A stretch of DNA of 64,000 nt from an uncultured virus (IMG/VR IMGVR_UViG_2061766007_000547) (Duplodnaviria; Heunggongvirae; Uroviricota; Caudoviricetes): IMG/VR virus record IMGVR_UViG_2061766007_000547. One strand, 5' to 3'. The position numbers and the translations under genes were made by a program. The notes beneath the pieces were generated by a model. That model had not been told where the DNA came from. It saw only the letters and a list, made by a program, of their open reading frames with translations, and did no database searches. This document shows, piece after piece, positions 1 to 10,026 of this stretch (positions are counted from its first letter, which is position 1; each line of letters starts with the position of its first letter).

Positions 1-2
1 AA

Positions 3-914
3 ACTATTGGTTTATATTTTGATAATCTTTATTTCTTAACTGGCATAGTAAGTTGGATGTATAATTTAATTCAGGGGCTTAAAGACGATTATCGTTTTGT
101 TATTTATACAAAACATGTATCTTCAAGAGTGGCTGATAGATTTAAACGTCTTGCAGAGATTATTGAGATTAATGAAGAGATTGATTATGATTGTGACATC
201 CTTCTTAATAATTCGTTGTTTACGCCTTTGCCTGATTGTTTAAAATATAAACAACTTTATGGTGTGATACATTGTGATTATGCACGATTTAAAAATGCTG
301 ATGAGATTAATCTTAATCCTGATATTGATTACATAGCAGTGTCTGATATTGCTGCTGATGGAGTGCGTAAACGCTGGAATGTCAGATGTCAATCTATTGA
401 AGGTCTGTTCGTTAAGACTAAACCTGTATGCCGAAAGGTATTACATCTGATAAGTGCCACGAGATTTACAACAGAAAAGGGTTTTGCAAACTTTGTTAAA
501 TTTGCAGAGTTGCTTAAGGATAATGACATCCTTTTTGAATGGCGTATATATGCCGATATGGATATGATGTCAGCAAGAAAGATGATGCCATATCCTGAGA
601 TGGTCAGATGTAATGGTATTGACCATGAGATATTAATGAATTATATGGCTGATGCTGATTATGTCGTACAGTTATCTGATTCAGAAGGTTTTGGGATGGT
701 GGTACATGAGGCGCTTATGATGGGTACACCAGTGATTGCTTCAGATATACCGATATTTAATAAGTATATTAAAAACGGATATAATGGATATTTACTGCCA
801 GTTAATATGGAGAATGTAGATGTCTATCAAATATGTAACAATATTCCAAAAGATTTTGTATATGATAATCAATATGATTCATTACAGAATCAATGGAAAA
901 CAATATTAAAATAA
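3..914 (+). CDS. Glycosyltransferase, GT4/GT-B fold (5' end probably just outside the window)
   Basis: Frame is open from base 3 (TIGLYFDNLY...). Motifs ISATRFTTEKG and SDSEGFGMVVHEALMMGTPVI. Paralogous to the C-terminal half of 3467..5272. Confidence 0.85.
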   Translation, partial: TIGLYFDNLYFLTGIVSWMYNLIQGLKDDYRFVIYTKHVSSRVADRFKRLAEIIEINEEIDYDCDILLNNSLFTPLPDCLKYKQLYGVIHCDYARFKNADEINLNPDIDYIAVSDIAADGVRKRWNVRCQSIEGLFVKTKPVCRKVLHLISATRFTTEKGFANFVKFAELLKDNDILFEWRIYADMDMMSARKMMPYPEMVRCNGIDHEILMNYMADADYVVQLSDSEGFGMVVHEALMMGTPVIASDIPIFNKYIKNGYNGYLLPVNMENVDVYQICNNIPKDFVYDNQYDSLQNQWKTILK

Positions 915-929
915 TGGAGGTACAAACAT

Positions 930-2546
930 ATGGCTGATCCATATCCTTGGATATTTTACAGTAGTGCTTCAAGATCAACTTTTGGTTCGTTCTATGACGG
1001 CAGTAGTAGTACTGAGTCCGCACAGCCTTTGAGTTCGTGTCCTGTTGCAGTGTTAACTAAAAATACTGATTTTGGACGCATACATAGGTCTGCTATCTAT
1101 GTTAAAAATGCTGTTAGTGGCATCAATTATGAATTTGAGGCGGCATTTATATTTTCGGCTGACAATTTACCAACAGACGAATTAAATCTTGATCTGTATA
1201 ATGTGTGCGATCTTGATTTGAGGTCTTTGGTGCTTGATAATAATAATGGATATAGCGGCTTCTATGTTCGTGTTGGTTATAATATAGAGGGCGGCAGTGA
1301 TACTTCAAAGGGTATTTATAGTAGATCGAATAGTTCAAGCACAATGGCTAATCTGTCAACAAGCTACTCATATACTGTTCCTCCTGTACCTATCTATACT
1401 GACAGAGACCAATGGCTTGCTTATGTAAGGGCGCAGGATTGGGAAACAGTTTCTTCTGTCAGAGGTAAGTTAGGCACTCAGTATTTGTCAAAGGTAAAAG
1501 CAGATGCACTTAATAATGGTGAATCGGTTACTGGCGCAAGCGGCTCTGTTATAGATGCGCTTGTAGATTCAACTAAATTAGCGACTTTGGCTCAAGGTTT
1601 GTCGGCAGAAACGCCAGTATTATATACTGATGATGTAAATTATATGAGTCTTACGCCTACAGCAAATAATACTTGTACATTAAAGTTTTATTTGGATAAT
1701 AGTGTAATTTATACATTAACAGGTGTAAGTACCAATGCATATTTGCAGTTTCTTAAAGATGAAACAAGTGAAATTATGAAGCCTAGTATTATATATAAGG
1801 CTGGACAAGAGTCGTATTTATTCGCTCCAAACTTTTATTCAGATGGTAGAGATACAGTCAGATATGATCCTAATGCCTTAGTTACTGTAGCAACGAATTC
1901 TGGTGATCTTGTGCATAATTATGCTGAAGGTGCATTATTTGATGATTCTTATAATAAGGACTTTATAATCAGTTCAGGTGAGGCTTATTGGAATGATGTA
2001 ACAGATGATATAGCATGGGGATTTGATATTACTAAAAATCAGGCAGTTATTGATCCTTATAGCAGTGTGATATTTCATATAAAATGTAAGCGAACAGGGA
2101 CGGTTACACCTAGTTCATGGGGTACTCAGGCTGTTACATTGGGTTTATATTCGGATACTTATTATATGCCATCACTTCCTAATGATTCTTATTATGTCAT
2201 GGATCTTGTTCCCTTATCTAGTCAGTATGTATATGCAACGGCTCAAGATGCTGATAATGGAAGTACAAATTTTGGTCAAGATTGGGATGGTGATATGAAT
2301 TTTGATGCTAATTCAATGACAATTGACACTTGGTATGATTTCAAATTTGTATGGCAATTATCTGGCGGCATTATATCTACTATAACTTATTATATTAATA
2401 ACGAACAGATTGGCACAACTAAGGATGTGTTATCTGCAGGAGTACCCTTTATTAATGTAACTGGGACAAATAGAAAATTATCCACAATTGACCTTTGGTT
2501 AGAAAATAATATACACGTTAAAGATTTATATATTGAATATACTTGA
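930..2546 (+). CDS. Putative tail fibre / receptor-binding structural protein
   Basis: 538 aa, rich in S/T/Y/N/G with beta-type sequence; late-arm position; C-terminal domain shared with the next gene. Confidence 0.5.
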   Translation: MADPYPWIFYSSASRSTFGSFYDGSSSTESAQPLSSCPVAVLTKNTDFGRIHRSAIYVKNAVSGINYEFEAAFIFSADNLPTDELNLDLYNVCDLDLRSLVLDNNNGYSGFYVRVGYNIEGGSDTSKGIYSRSNSSSTMANLSTSYSYTVPPVPIYTDRDQWLAYVRAQDWETVSSVRGKLGTQYLSKVKADALNNGESVTGASGSVIDALVDSTKLATLAQGLSAETPVLYTDDVNYMSLTPTANNTCTLKFYLDNSVIYTLTGVSTNAYLQFLKDETSEIMKPSIIYKAGQESYLFAPNFYSDGRDTVRYDPNALVTVATNSGDLVHNYAEGALFDDSYNKDFIISSGEAYWNDVTDDIAWGFDITKNQAVIDPYSSVIFHIKCKRTGTVTPSSWGTQAVTLGLYSDTYYMPSLPNDSYYVMDLVPLSSQYVYATAQDADNGSTNFGQDWDGDMNFDANSMTIDTWYDFKFVWQLSGGIISTITYYINNEQIGTTKDVLSAGVPFINVTGTNRKLSTIDLWLENNIHVKDLYIEYT

Positions 2547-2561
2547 TGAAAGGAGATAAAA

Positions 2562-3470
2562 ATGGCAGTAACATATTCATATAATCAGGAGTCTCCTACT
2601 AGTCAACAGATGGAGGACTTATATAGTTGGTTAACGGCTAATGAACGTATTGTGCTTGGCGCTGGTGGTGGCGGCTCAGGATATATTGCAAATCCTGACA
2701 CATTCAATAAGAAAATGGTAGGATATAATGTACCGACTTCTTCTGATTCAGATACATTAACTCAGAATACTACACATTATTCTTCCAGTGCAATCAGTAA
2801 TTATGCAAAAATGGGCAATGGTTTTGTCAGGATAACATACTTAAGACCAGCGCCTGTTACATTATTTCAGCCTGACTTTAGTACTGATGGTAGGGATACA
2901 TTACGTTATAACCCTAATAAGACTATTCATATTGGCGAAACAGCAAGCGGTTATGATCCTGGAGGAGAAGGCTTTGATGTTATATGTGGAGCATTATTTG
3001 ATATGGATGACCATTCTGATCCAGCATATACTATTCAAAATAATATCTTGACTATTGATGGACATGCAGTTGCGTGGGCTTATGATACTACTGTCAATCA
3101 GAAAATTATTCCAGCAACTTGTACATTGTGGTTTAATTTTGATTGTTATTTTACAAATGGTGATGGATATTTAGATTGGTTTATGTTTGATGACCATGAT
3201 ATAGAGGTTATATATTGGTGCTGGGATACTAGTTATAGTTTTGCTGATAATCAATGGTATAATTGTAGACTTGAAGCTACAGTTGTTAATGGGTATATTA
3301 CTTATGTAAGCTATTATGTTGGTGATACCATTGTTCGATCTGACAGGCTGAATATTCATATGGTATGGATAGATGAAACAACACCAAGGGCTTGTAAGTA
3401 TATAATGTTTAGAACAACAAAACTTACACAAATAAAAAATATGAAAATATATTGGGAAGTTAATGTATGA
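2562..3470 (+). CDS. Putative tail-associated protein with Gly-rich motif and lectin-like C-terminal domain
   Basis: GAGGGGSGYI...GNGFVRITY glycine-rich tail motif; RBS AAGGAG. Confidence 0.5.
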   Translation: MAVTYSYNQESPTSQQMEDLYSWLTANERIVLGAGGGGSGYIANPDTFNKKMVGYNVPTSSDSDTLTQNTTHYSSSAISNYAKMGNGFVRITYLRPAPVTLFQPDFSTDGRDTLRYNPNKTIHIGETASGYDPGGEGFDVICGALFDMDDHSDPAYTIQNNILTIDGHAVAWAYDTTVNQKIIPATCTLWFNFDCYFTNGDGYLDWFMFDDHDIEVIYWCWDTSYSFADNQWYNCRLEATVVNGYITYVSYYVGDTIVRSDRLNIHMVWIDETTPRACKYIMFRTTKLTQIKNMKIYWEVNV

Positions 3471-5272
3471 TTTCAGTTATATTAGCCACATATAATACCG
3501 CTGATTATTTAGAGAAATGTATTAATTCTATTATTAATCAGACATACAAAGATTTAGAAATTATTATAGTGGATGATGGTTCTACAGATAATACTGCTGA
3601 GATTCTAAATGGGTTTCAGCAGAAAGACTGTAGGATTAAGGTGATCCATCAGGAAAACAAGGGACACTCTGAAGCACGAAATGTAGGTGTGGATAATGCT
3701 CATAGCGATTATTATTTCTTTATTGATTCGGATGATTATCTTCATAGACAAGCAATAGAAATATTGTGGAATAATATGCAAAAAACAGGTGCAGATATTT
3801 CTATCGGCAATACAACACGAGAAAAAGAGTTGGAAACTACTCTTGAAAATGATTATTATGTGTATACAACAATGGACGCTTTTAGTATTTTAACCGATTA
3901 TCATTCGCCGCTTAAAACACATAAACTGCCGTTTACTGCAACATGGAATAAAATCTTTAAGGCGAGTTTATTTTCTAACGTCCGCTTTCCTACTGGACAT
4001 ATAAGAGATGATAATTTTACTTGTCATCGTCTTATATATAATGCAAAAAAGATAGTTTTTACAAAAGCAAAAACATATTTCTATACTTACAGGGAAGGTT
4101 CAGTATCAAATAAAGGTCTAATCAATAAAGATTTTATGCTTGCATATAAGGATAGAATTGACTTTTTTAAAGAGAAAGGGTTAACAAAATTTCTACCTGA
4201 TACATGTTCGTATTATCTAAATGCTTGCTTAAATACATTTTATAGAATGCAAGATTATTCTATTATACAAGAGGCTAAAGAGTTTATTAAGGATAACCAG
4301 ATATATTTTCAACATCAATATCTGGGATTGAAACATAAGAAAGAGATAGAAAAAATGACAGATATTATAATTTATGTAGATCATTTATATGTTGATACTG
4401 GTATTTCTAATTGGATAAGAAATTTTTGCATGGCTTTTCACAAAGAGTATTCAATTAGTATTTTGACTCCCCTATATGTTAAAGGAAGTAAAGAAATATT
4501 TGGACAATATGTACAGTGTGATATATATGATGCTACAAAAACATATTATTGCAAAATTTTCTTGCATAATTTCTTTTATGATAAGGTGCCAGAAAATATT
4601 ATTGCTCATAATCGGTTTGTAATTTTACATTGTGATTATGGTCATATGACAAAAGAAATTCATTTTGATAAAAGATATAAATATATAGCCTTAGCAGATA
4701 TTGTAGCTAAAGGCATGAAGGAAAAATTTGGTATAGATTGTATAACGACAAGGTCTTTTATGAATCAGCACAAACCTCAGAAGGTATATCGTCTTTTATC
4801 AGCGACAAGATTACATCCAGAAAAAGGAATTGGCAGAATATTGCAATTATGTCAATTGTTTAAAGACAAAGATATATGTTTTCAATGGTTAATATTCTGT
4901 GATAGGTCACTTGCTTCATCAATGTTCAGGAGCGATTATCCAGAACTGATTTATGGTGGCTCAGTACCAAACGACACAATCATTAACTATATGGCAGACG
5001 TTGACTATGTAGTCCAGTTAACTGACTATAATGTCGAAGGCTTCTGTTATGCAGTGCATGAATCATTAAAGGTTGGCACACCAGTTATCGTAACCGATAT
5101 CCCTATCTTCAAGGATTTGGTAAAAAATGGTTACAATGGATATCGTGTACCGCTTGATATGCAGAATATTGACCTTGATAAAATCTTAAATGAAATACCA
5201 AAAGGCTTCCAGTACGATGATCACTTTGAGGAACTTAAGACAGAATGGAAAAAAATTTTTGACAATGAATAA
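3467..5272 (+). CDS. Bifunctional glycosyltransferase (GT2 + GT4 fusion)
   Basis: N-terminus has ISVILATYN, VDDGSTD, IDSDD, WNKIF; C-terminus has LSATRLHPEKG and EGFCYAVHESLKVGTPVI. Confidence 0.9.
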   Translation: MISVILATYNTADYLEKCINSIINQTYKDLEIIIVDDGSTDNTAEILNGFQQKDCRIKVIHQENKGHSEARNVGVDNAHSDYYFFIDSDDYLHRQAIEILWNNMQKTGADISIGNTTREKELETTLENDYYVYTTMDAFSILTDYHSPLKTHKLPFTATWNKIFKASLFSNVRFPTGHIRDDNFTCHRLIYNAKKIVFTKAKTYFYTYREGSVSNKGLINKDFMLAYKDRIDFFKEKGLTKFLPDTCSYYLNACLNTFYRMQDYSIIQEAKEFIKDNQIYFQHQYLGLKHKKEIEKMTDIIIYVDHLYVDTGISNWIRNFCMAFHKEYSISILTPLYVKGSKEIFGQYVQCDIYDATKTYYCKIFLHNFFYDKVPENIIAHNRFVILHCDYGHMTKEIHFDKRYKYIALADIVAKGMKEKFGIDCITTRSFMNQHKPQKVYRLLSATRLHPEKGIGRILQLCQLFKDKDICFQWLIFCDRSLASSMFRSDYPELIYGGSVPNDTIINYMADVDYVVQLTDYNVEGFCYAVHESLKVGTPVIVTDIPIFKDLVKNGYNGYRVPLDMQNIDLDKILNEIPKGFQYDDHFEELKTEWKKIFDNE

Positions 5273-5555
5273 TATTTACACTAAAGATGAATTTGTTATT
5301 GCAAGTATAGATAATGAGTTCATTGTGATCAACAAAAAGAAGAAGTTCAAGTATGGGCATACACATATACGGAATTTTAAGACCGCTAAGTATCTGATAG
5401 ATATGGTGTCTCATAAACGCATACCTTATCACCTACCGATATATTTATTGATATCATTAAGGCGGTTGTCGGATGATGAAGTATATGCTTATAAGATTAC
5501 AGAGTTGATAGAAAACAAAAAAAATAAACGTATGAATTACGTTAATCGTGTTTAA
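5265..5555 (+). CDS. Hypothetical phage protein
   Basis: ATG overlaps the end of the upstream gene; followed by a terminator. Confidence 0.7.
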   Translation: MNNIYTKDEFVIASIDNEFIVINKKKKFKYGHTHIRNFKTAKYLIDMVSHKRIPYHLPIYLLISLRRLSDDEVYAYKITELIENKKNKRMNYVNRV

Positions 5556-5630
5556 TGGCTGTTTAATATGCCAGATGAGTATTTTATCGACTAAAATCAG
5601 AAAAGCTGAATATGGGCATTCTGGTGCGTC

Positions 5631-5671
5631 AGGAGAGGTGTGTGGCTTCATACAGCACTCTCCTTTTTTTT
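5631..5671 (+). terminator. Rho-independent terminator of the late arm
   Basis: AGGAGAG-GTG-TGTG...CATACA-GCAC-TCTCCT hairpin followed by a T-run. Confidence 0.75.
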
Positions 5672-5832
5672 GATTACACTTTGATTACAGTAACCAAATA
5701 TATATTTCAAAATGCCCATAGATCAAGGCTTTTTAACGCGTCTAATGGGATTCGAATCGTAATGGTAGAGACCAAAACGCCGTATTCCGTAGGCTTTGCG
5801 GGCATTTTACACTTGTTTACATTTGATTACAC
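5669..5832. other. Putative attP: arm-type repeats flanking a tRNA-3'-end core at 5737-5756
   Basis: TTTGATTACA(C/G) at 5669, 5680 and 5822, with degenerate copies at about 5803-5821. The core reads TTCGAAT-CCCAT-TAGACGC-G on the minus strand. Lies directly downstream of the integrase. Confidence 0.7.
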
Positions 5833-6989
5833 TTTTCGAGTCGCTCCTTAATAGAAGCAGTTTCTTCCTTATTATAATAATAGAAACGTTTGGTGGTAAG
5901 AATTTCGGTATGTCCCATTTGCTTAGTAATGATCTTGTCGCTAACGTTTGCGTCGAGAAGTTTCGTGCCGTAAGTCTTTCGTATTTTATGGAAACTTCTA
6001 TGTGGTATGTTAACTTCTCGACAGACTGCTTCTATCCTGTTGGATAACCACGCTGCTTTAATGCGGGCGCCGTCTCTCAGGAAAATATATCCGTCTTGAC
6101 TTCCTGTATATTGATACAGGGTTTTGAGGATATTTATCGCCTCGTCGGTAAGGACAATTTCACGGATGCCGTCACGACCTTTAGTGAAGTTCCGAACTTC
6201 CTCAATCCACTTACCATCAATCTTATACTTGATCTCTGTCCTCTGGACTATAAGGATATCATCATTCCAGTCGCTCCATTTAAGAGCGGACACCTCTCCT
6301 ATCCTTAGTCCCGTACTGAAGGCTAACATGATGCCAAGCCCCAGTATTTCAGGGTGATCAGATACATAGTGTTTTATCTTGTTTTCTTCTTCAGTATTGA
6401 ATACCTGTTCTTCATCTTTCATTTGTACACGTCTGAAGATTTTATTCGACAGCTGTAGTTCAGATAGGAATAGGCTGATACGTATGTCTGTAAAGCCGTG
6501 CTTTCTAGCCCAGACCATTGTACCGCTGATCAATATTCGCATATTTCCCCAGTTCTTAGCCGTCAGATTGTTATCAGATATTTTCTGCCTGATAAAGTTT
6601 TCAAGATAAAGTTCGTTAATAGTTTTAATTTCTTTGTTTTCAAGTTCAGTTCCCGATATATAACGTTTATAATCTGCTGTATATCTGTCGTAAGTTTGGC
6701 GCTGAATTTCTCCATATTCTAATTTCTCATTGATCCATGCGTCAAAGCACTCCTTAAACTTGGGCTTAGGCTCCCTGAGTATTTTTACTACTTCATCTTC
6801 TAAGGTAGCCCTGTTACTTTTGGCTATCAGCTTTCGATGTCCAGCGACTTCAACATAAGTTTTCCATCGCCCATCGGAAGCCTGCCAGATTTTTTGTTTC
6901 TCAAGAATTTTCTGTCGTATCATTTTTTCATACTCATGCTGTATGAAGCCGATATCAATTATACCACGCTCTTGAGCAAACTGCAACAA
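5817..6989 (-). CDS. Tyrosine integrase
   Basis: Catalytic motifs TGLRIGE, TKG, FHKIRKT, QMGH, RFYY; exact start uncertain. Confidence 0.93.
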   Translation of the reverse strand: MLQFAQERGIIDIGFIQHEYEKMIRQKILEKQKIWQASDGRWKTYVEVAGHRKLIAKSNRATLEDEVVKILREPKPKFKECFDAWINEKLEYGEIQRQTYDRYTADYKRYISGTELENKEIKTINELYLENFIRQKISDNNLTAKNWGNMRILISGTMVWARKHGFTDIRISLFLSELQLSNKIFRRVQMKDEEQVFNTEEENKIKHYVSDHPEILGLGIMLAFSTGLRIGEVSALKWSDWNDDILIVQRTEIKYKIDGKWIEEVRNFTKGRDGIREIVLTDEAINILKTLYQYTGSQDGYIFLRDGARIKAAWLSNRIEAVCREVNIPHRSFHKIRKTYGTKLLDANVSDKIITKQMGHTEILTTKRFYYYNKEETASIKERLEKCNQM

Positions 6990-7011
6990 ATCGTCTATAG
7001 CATATCACTCC

Positions 7012-7371
7012 TTATTTTACATCTTGTTTGTAAGTTAAATAATTATGTATTGCCGACATGATAGTACCCTGTTCAAAGTATGCATAATGCTGGGCGTCCT
7101 CTTCAGTAAATTCTTCCGTGCCGTCCCATTCATATACAACTGTAGCGTCCCAGTCAGGCATAAGTTCGTCATCTGTCTGCGTGTAATATAAACCTTCAAT
7201 AACTAATATGCCATATTGTTCAATGTAATAAGGTTTACCAACAGTCAGTATGTAATCAGGATCGTTATCAACATTGATCTGAAAATCCTCATAGTCATAA
7301 GGAACGTCATCAATTGTTTCTCTCTCAAGAATATCAGCAAGTTCCTGCATAGTTACTTTTTCAATTATCAT
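7012..7371 (-). CDS. Acidic hypothetical protein
   Basis: ORF in operon context. Confidence 0.7.
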   Translation of the reverse strand: MIIEKVTMQELADILERETIDDVPYDYEDFQINVDNDPDYILTVGKPYYIEQYGILVIEGLYYTQTDDELMPDWDATVVYEWDGTEEFTEEDAQHYAYFEQGTIMSAIHNYLTYKQDVK

Positions 7372-7374
7372 AAT

Positions 7375-7548
7375 TTAATCCTCATTTATCTTATCTAATA
7401 ACTGCTTAGCCTTATTGACACAACGGGATAGAGAATAATCTTGCCCCATTGTATGTTTTGATGATACCTTGCGTCTTGCGTCGCGATCATCTTCCTGCCA
7501 CTTGAGCATTGTCTCAAGCAGTTCATAGTATGCTTCTTTATATGTCAT
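7375..7548 (-). CDS. Small hypothetical protein (57 aa, MTYKEAYYELL...)
   Basis: Translated by hand; ATGA overlap with the upstream gene. Confidence 0.6.
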   Translation of the reverse strand: MTYKEAYYELLETMLKWQEDDRDARRKVSSKHTMGQDYSLSRCVNKAKQLLDKINED

Positions 7549-8471
7549 AGTTTAGTCCCTCTTTTATAATAATCTGGATTAAATATATCAGCATTGTAGA
7601 TAATATTATTTTTACAAAAACATTCCTTTTTAAGTCTGTTTCTTAATGCATCAATAGTTATTTTATTATTGCAGAATTGCTGTATTAATTCACGAACTGT
7701 GTAATTTTTATTATTGTAAATATAATATTGTGTATTTCTTCTATTATTTGCTTGTATAATAGGTGTCGCCCATCGGCAATTGTCATAACAATAATCTCCA
7801 TTGACGTCTTTTCTGTCCAAAGATATATTTTTATTGGGATTTTTAATTTTATAATCCAAATATGATTGATACATATCATTAATGAAATTTTGTAATCCGT
7901 CTTTATTAAGCCATCTGTCACATATTTTTATTCCTCTGCCGCCATACTGTGCATATGATTTATCATTAGGTTGAACGCATCTATGTTTCATACAATAATA
8001 ATGATAATATAATGGGTGTTTATATAATCCATGCGTTATCAAAATATTATCACCATAACATCCGCATGACTTTGTATGTCCACTTATAATGTGGAAACGT
8101 TCAGCCGTAAATATTCTATTGCATATTTTTCCATTTGTTTGGTTAAGACATTTACATTCATACATATGTCTTTTATTCTTTTTACCAGAATATTTGTTTA
8201 CAATAAAATAAGCATATTTATTTCCAACTATATCTTCGGGATTGTTTATCGATCGTCTATCAGATGTAATTTTTTTACGGTAACACCCGCATGATTTAGA
8301 TCTTCCTTGTATTAAATTATACCTTAATACATTAGTACTTTTACCACACCCATTATATAAACAAGTACATTTATAAGTATGTTTATTATTAATTCGTCCA
8401 ATATATGTATCAACTTTTAAATATCCAATTGTTTGATTTATAATATCATTTAGATTTATTTGTCTCCCCAT
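7545..8471 (-). CDS. Free-standing HNH-type homing endonuclease
   Basis: Two KSCGC repeats, YGGRGIKICDRW, SLDRKDVNGDYCYDNCRWAT; very AT-rich. Confidence 0.85.
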   Translation of the reverse strand: MGRQINLNDIINQTIGYLKVDTYIGRINNKHTYKCTCLYNGCGKSTNVLRYNLIQGRSKSCGCYRKKITSDRRSINNPEDIVGNKYAYFIVNKYSGKKNKRHMYECKCLNQTNGKICNRIFTAERFHIISGHTKSCGCYGDNILITHGLYKHPLYYHYYCMKHRCVQPNDKSYAQYGGRGIKICDRWLNKDGLQNFINDMYQSYLDYKIKNPNKNISLDRKDVNGDYCYDNCRWATPIIQANNRRNTQYYIYNNKNYTVRELIQQFCNNKITIDALRNRLKKECFCKNNIIYNADIFNPDYYKRGTKL

Positions 8472-9052
8472 TTTTCATGATACTCCTTAATTAATTCTGG
8501 ACTAAATTTGTCACCATAATAAATATCATCTGCTTCTGGATAATGTTTTCTTGTCCATAATAAACCTAAAATGTTCCAGATAAAAGCTCTATCATGCCTT
8601 TCATCTTGATCACCTCTTAATAGTTTGCAACAATGACGCATTGCAGAATCTAAGAAACTGTGTGTGGGTATTTGCATTTGCCAATTCCGCGCTTTATATT
8701 TTATGCATCCTTGTTGATACAAAATGGAAACTTCTATCATGGCATTTTCAAAAGATTTAAATTTATTATAGATAAATGTTGATAACAAATAATATAAAGC
8801 ATCTTCATTAGAATTAATTATAAAATCATTAATACATTTAAATAAAAATGAAGATGTAAAAGAAACATACGTGTTCTCATCAATTGATGCATAATAATCG
8901 GCTAAAGCTGCAACAGTATCTATAGGAAGTAAATCCATACGTCCTTTGTCATCAGATATGTCTCTTACGGCACCCGATGCAAATTGCCTCCTGTTACCAC
9001 TGTCCAGAATCTGTTTCTGTGTTTCTTCGTGCATTTTTGTTTCTTGATTCAT
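8456..9052 (-). CDS. dATP/dGTP diphosphohydrolase-domain protein (DUF5664-like)
   Basis: GAVRD..KGRMDLLP, KYKARNWQ, FLDSAMRH, RHDRAFIWN. Confidence 0.75.
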   Translation of the reverse strand: MNQETKMHEETQKQILDSGNRRQFASGAVRDISDDKGRMDLLPIDTVAALADYYASIDENTYVSFTSSFLFKCINDFIINSNEDALYYLLSTFIYNKFKSFENAMIEVSILYQQGCIKYKARNWQMQIPTHSFLDSAMRHCCKLLRGDQDERHDRAFIWNILGLLWTRKHYPEADDIYYGDKFSPELIKEYHEKWGDK

Positions 9053-9358
9053 TTTTATCTCCTTTCAGATCTTTTCCCCATGTTTCAATTTCTTCTCTGA
9101 TAATCTTAATTTCAGGTTTGTAATCTTCCATTTCAGCAACGATACTTGCTAAGGACGTTAATGCTCCGTCGATACGATCCTCGCTAAAATCTTTGTCTGG
9201 CTTCATTTGTTTAAATTCAACCAGCCAGAGTACAAATGTTTCATAAATTTCTTTATATGCTCGTTCATAAGACATTAACGGCTGTTTAATCATGCTATTA
9301 TTAGAACGATTAGTATGATTATTTTTATTTTCATGTAATGACCTCATTACTTTATCCT

Positions 9359-9679
9359 CTATTCTATATTGATATAGTTGTCAGAATTACAGTATTCGCA
9401 TTTGATAATATTATTTTTCATCTTGTCAGCATCTAATTTAGCGTCACAACATTTACATTTTAATACAGAAATATTTTTAATAACCTTTTCTCTTTCTACA
9501 AGTGTAGTATAACCTGTGTTTGTTGTATAAACATATGTTGGAATGGTAATAGTTGCACATTGTTTTGTAGTCACGGATGTGCCGCTATAGTCTGGATCTG
9601 AAGTAGTTGTTATATCAGTAAAATAATCTGTTGGTTTTGTTGTAGTAGCATATCCATAACTTGGATCTATTGTTACCAT
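9359..9679 (-). CDS. Thr-rich protein with C-terminal zinc ribbon
   Basis: CKCC...CEYC; RBS AAGGAGG. Confidence 0.65.
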   Translation of the reverse strand: MVTIDPSYGYATTTKPTDYFTDITTTSDPDYSGTSVTTKQCATITIPTYVYTTNTGYTTLVEREKVIKNISVLKCKCCDAKLDADKMKNNIIKCEYCNSDNYINIE

Positions 9680-10026
9680 ATTGCCTCCTTAAAATATCGG
9701 ACATTTGACAGCCATTCATAGCCATTTTTAAGGAGTGTTTTCTCTGGCATTCTCCATCCGATGTTATACAAATTATTCTGTTATTGTTACCTTGTTATAT
9801 ACATTACATACATCAATACAATATACTTTCTTTTCTTGCTCAAGCCACTCTGCATATTTATTAGCAGATTCTTCATTGATAAATACACTAACAACTGGCT
9901 CTATATCAGTATTTGGAAAATATTCTGTTACGACAAAAACATTAGGTATTTGAAAACTTGAACAGCTTATCTTCATAATCATCCTCACTTTCCTAAAATG
10001 GTTTTATTGAGTTACTTCTTTATCAA

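Noticed and set aside
930..3470. Diversity-generating retroelement TR/VR pair in the tail genes
   Set aside because: Mismatches between the similar segments are not adenine-specific, and no reverse transcriptase is in the window
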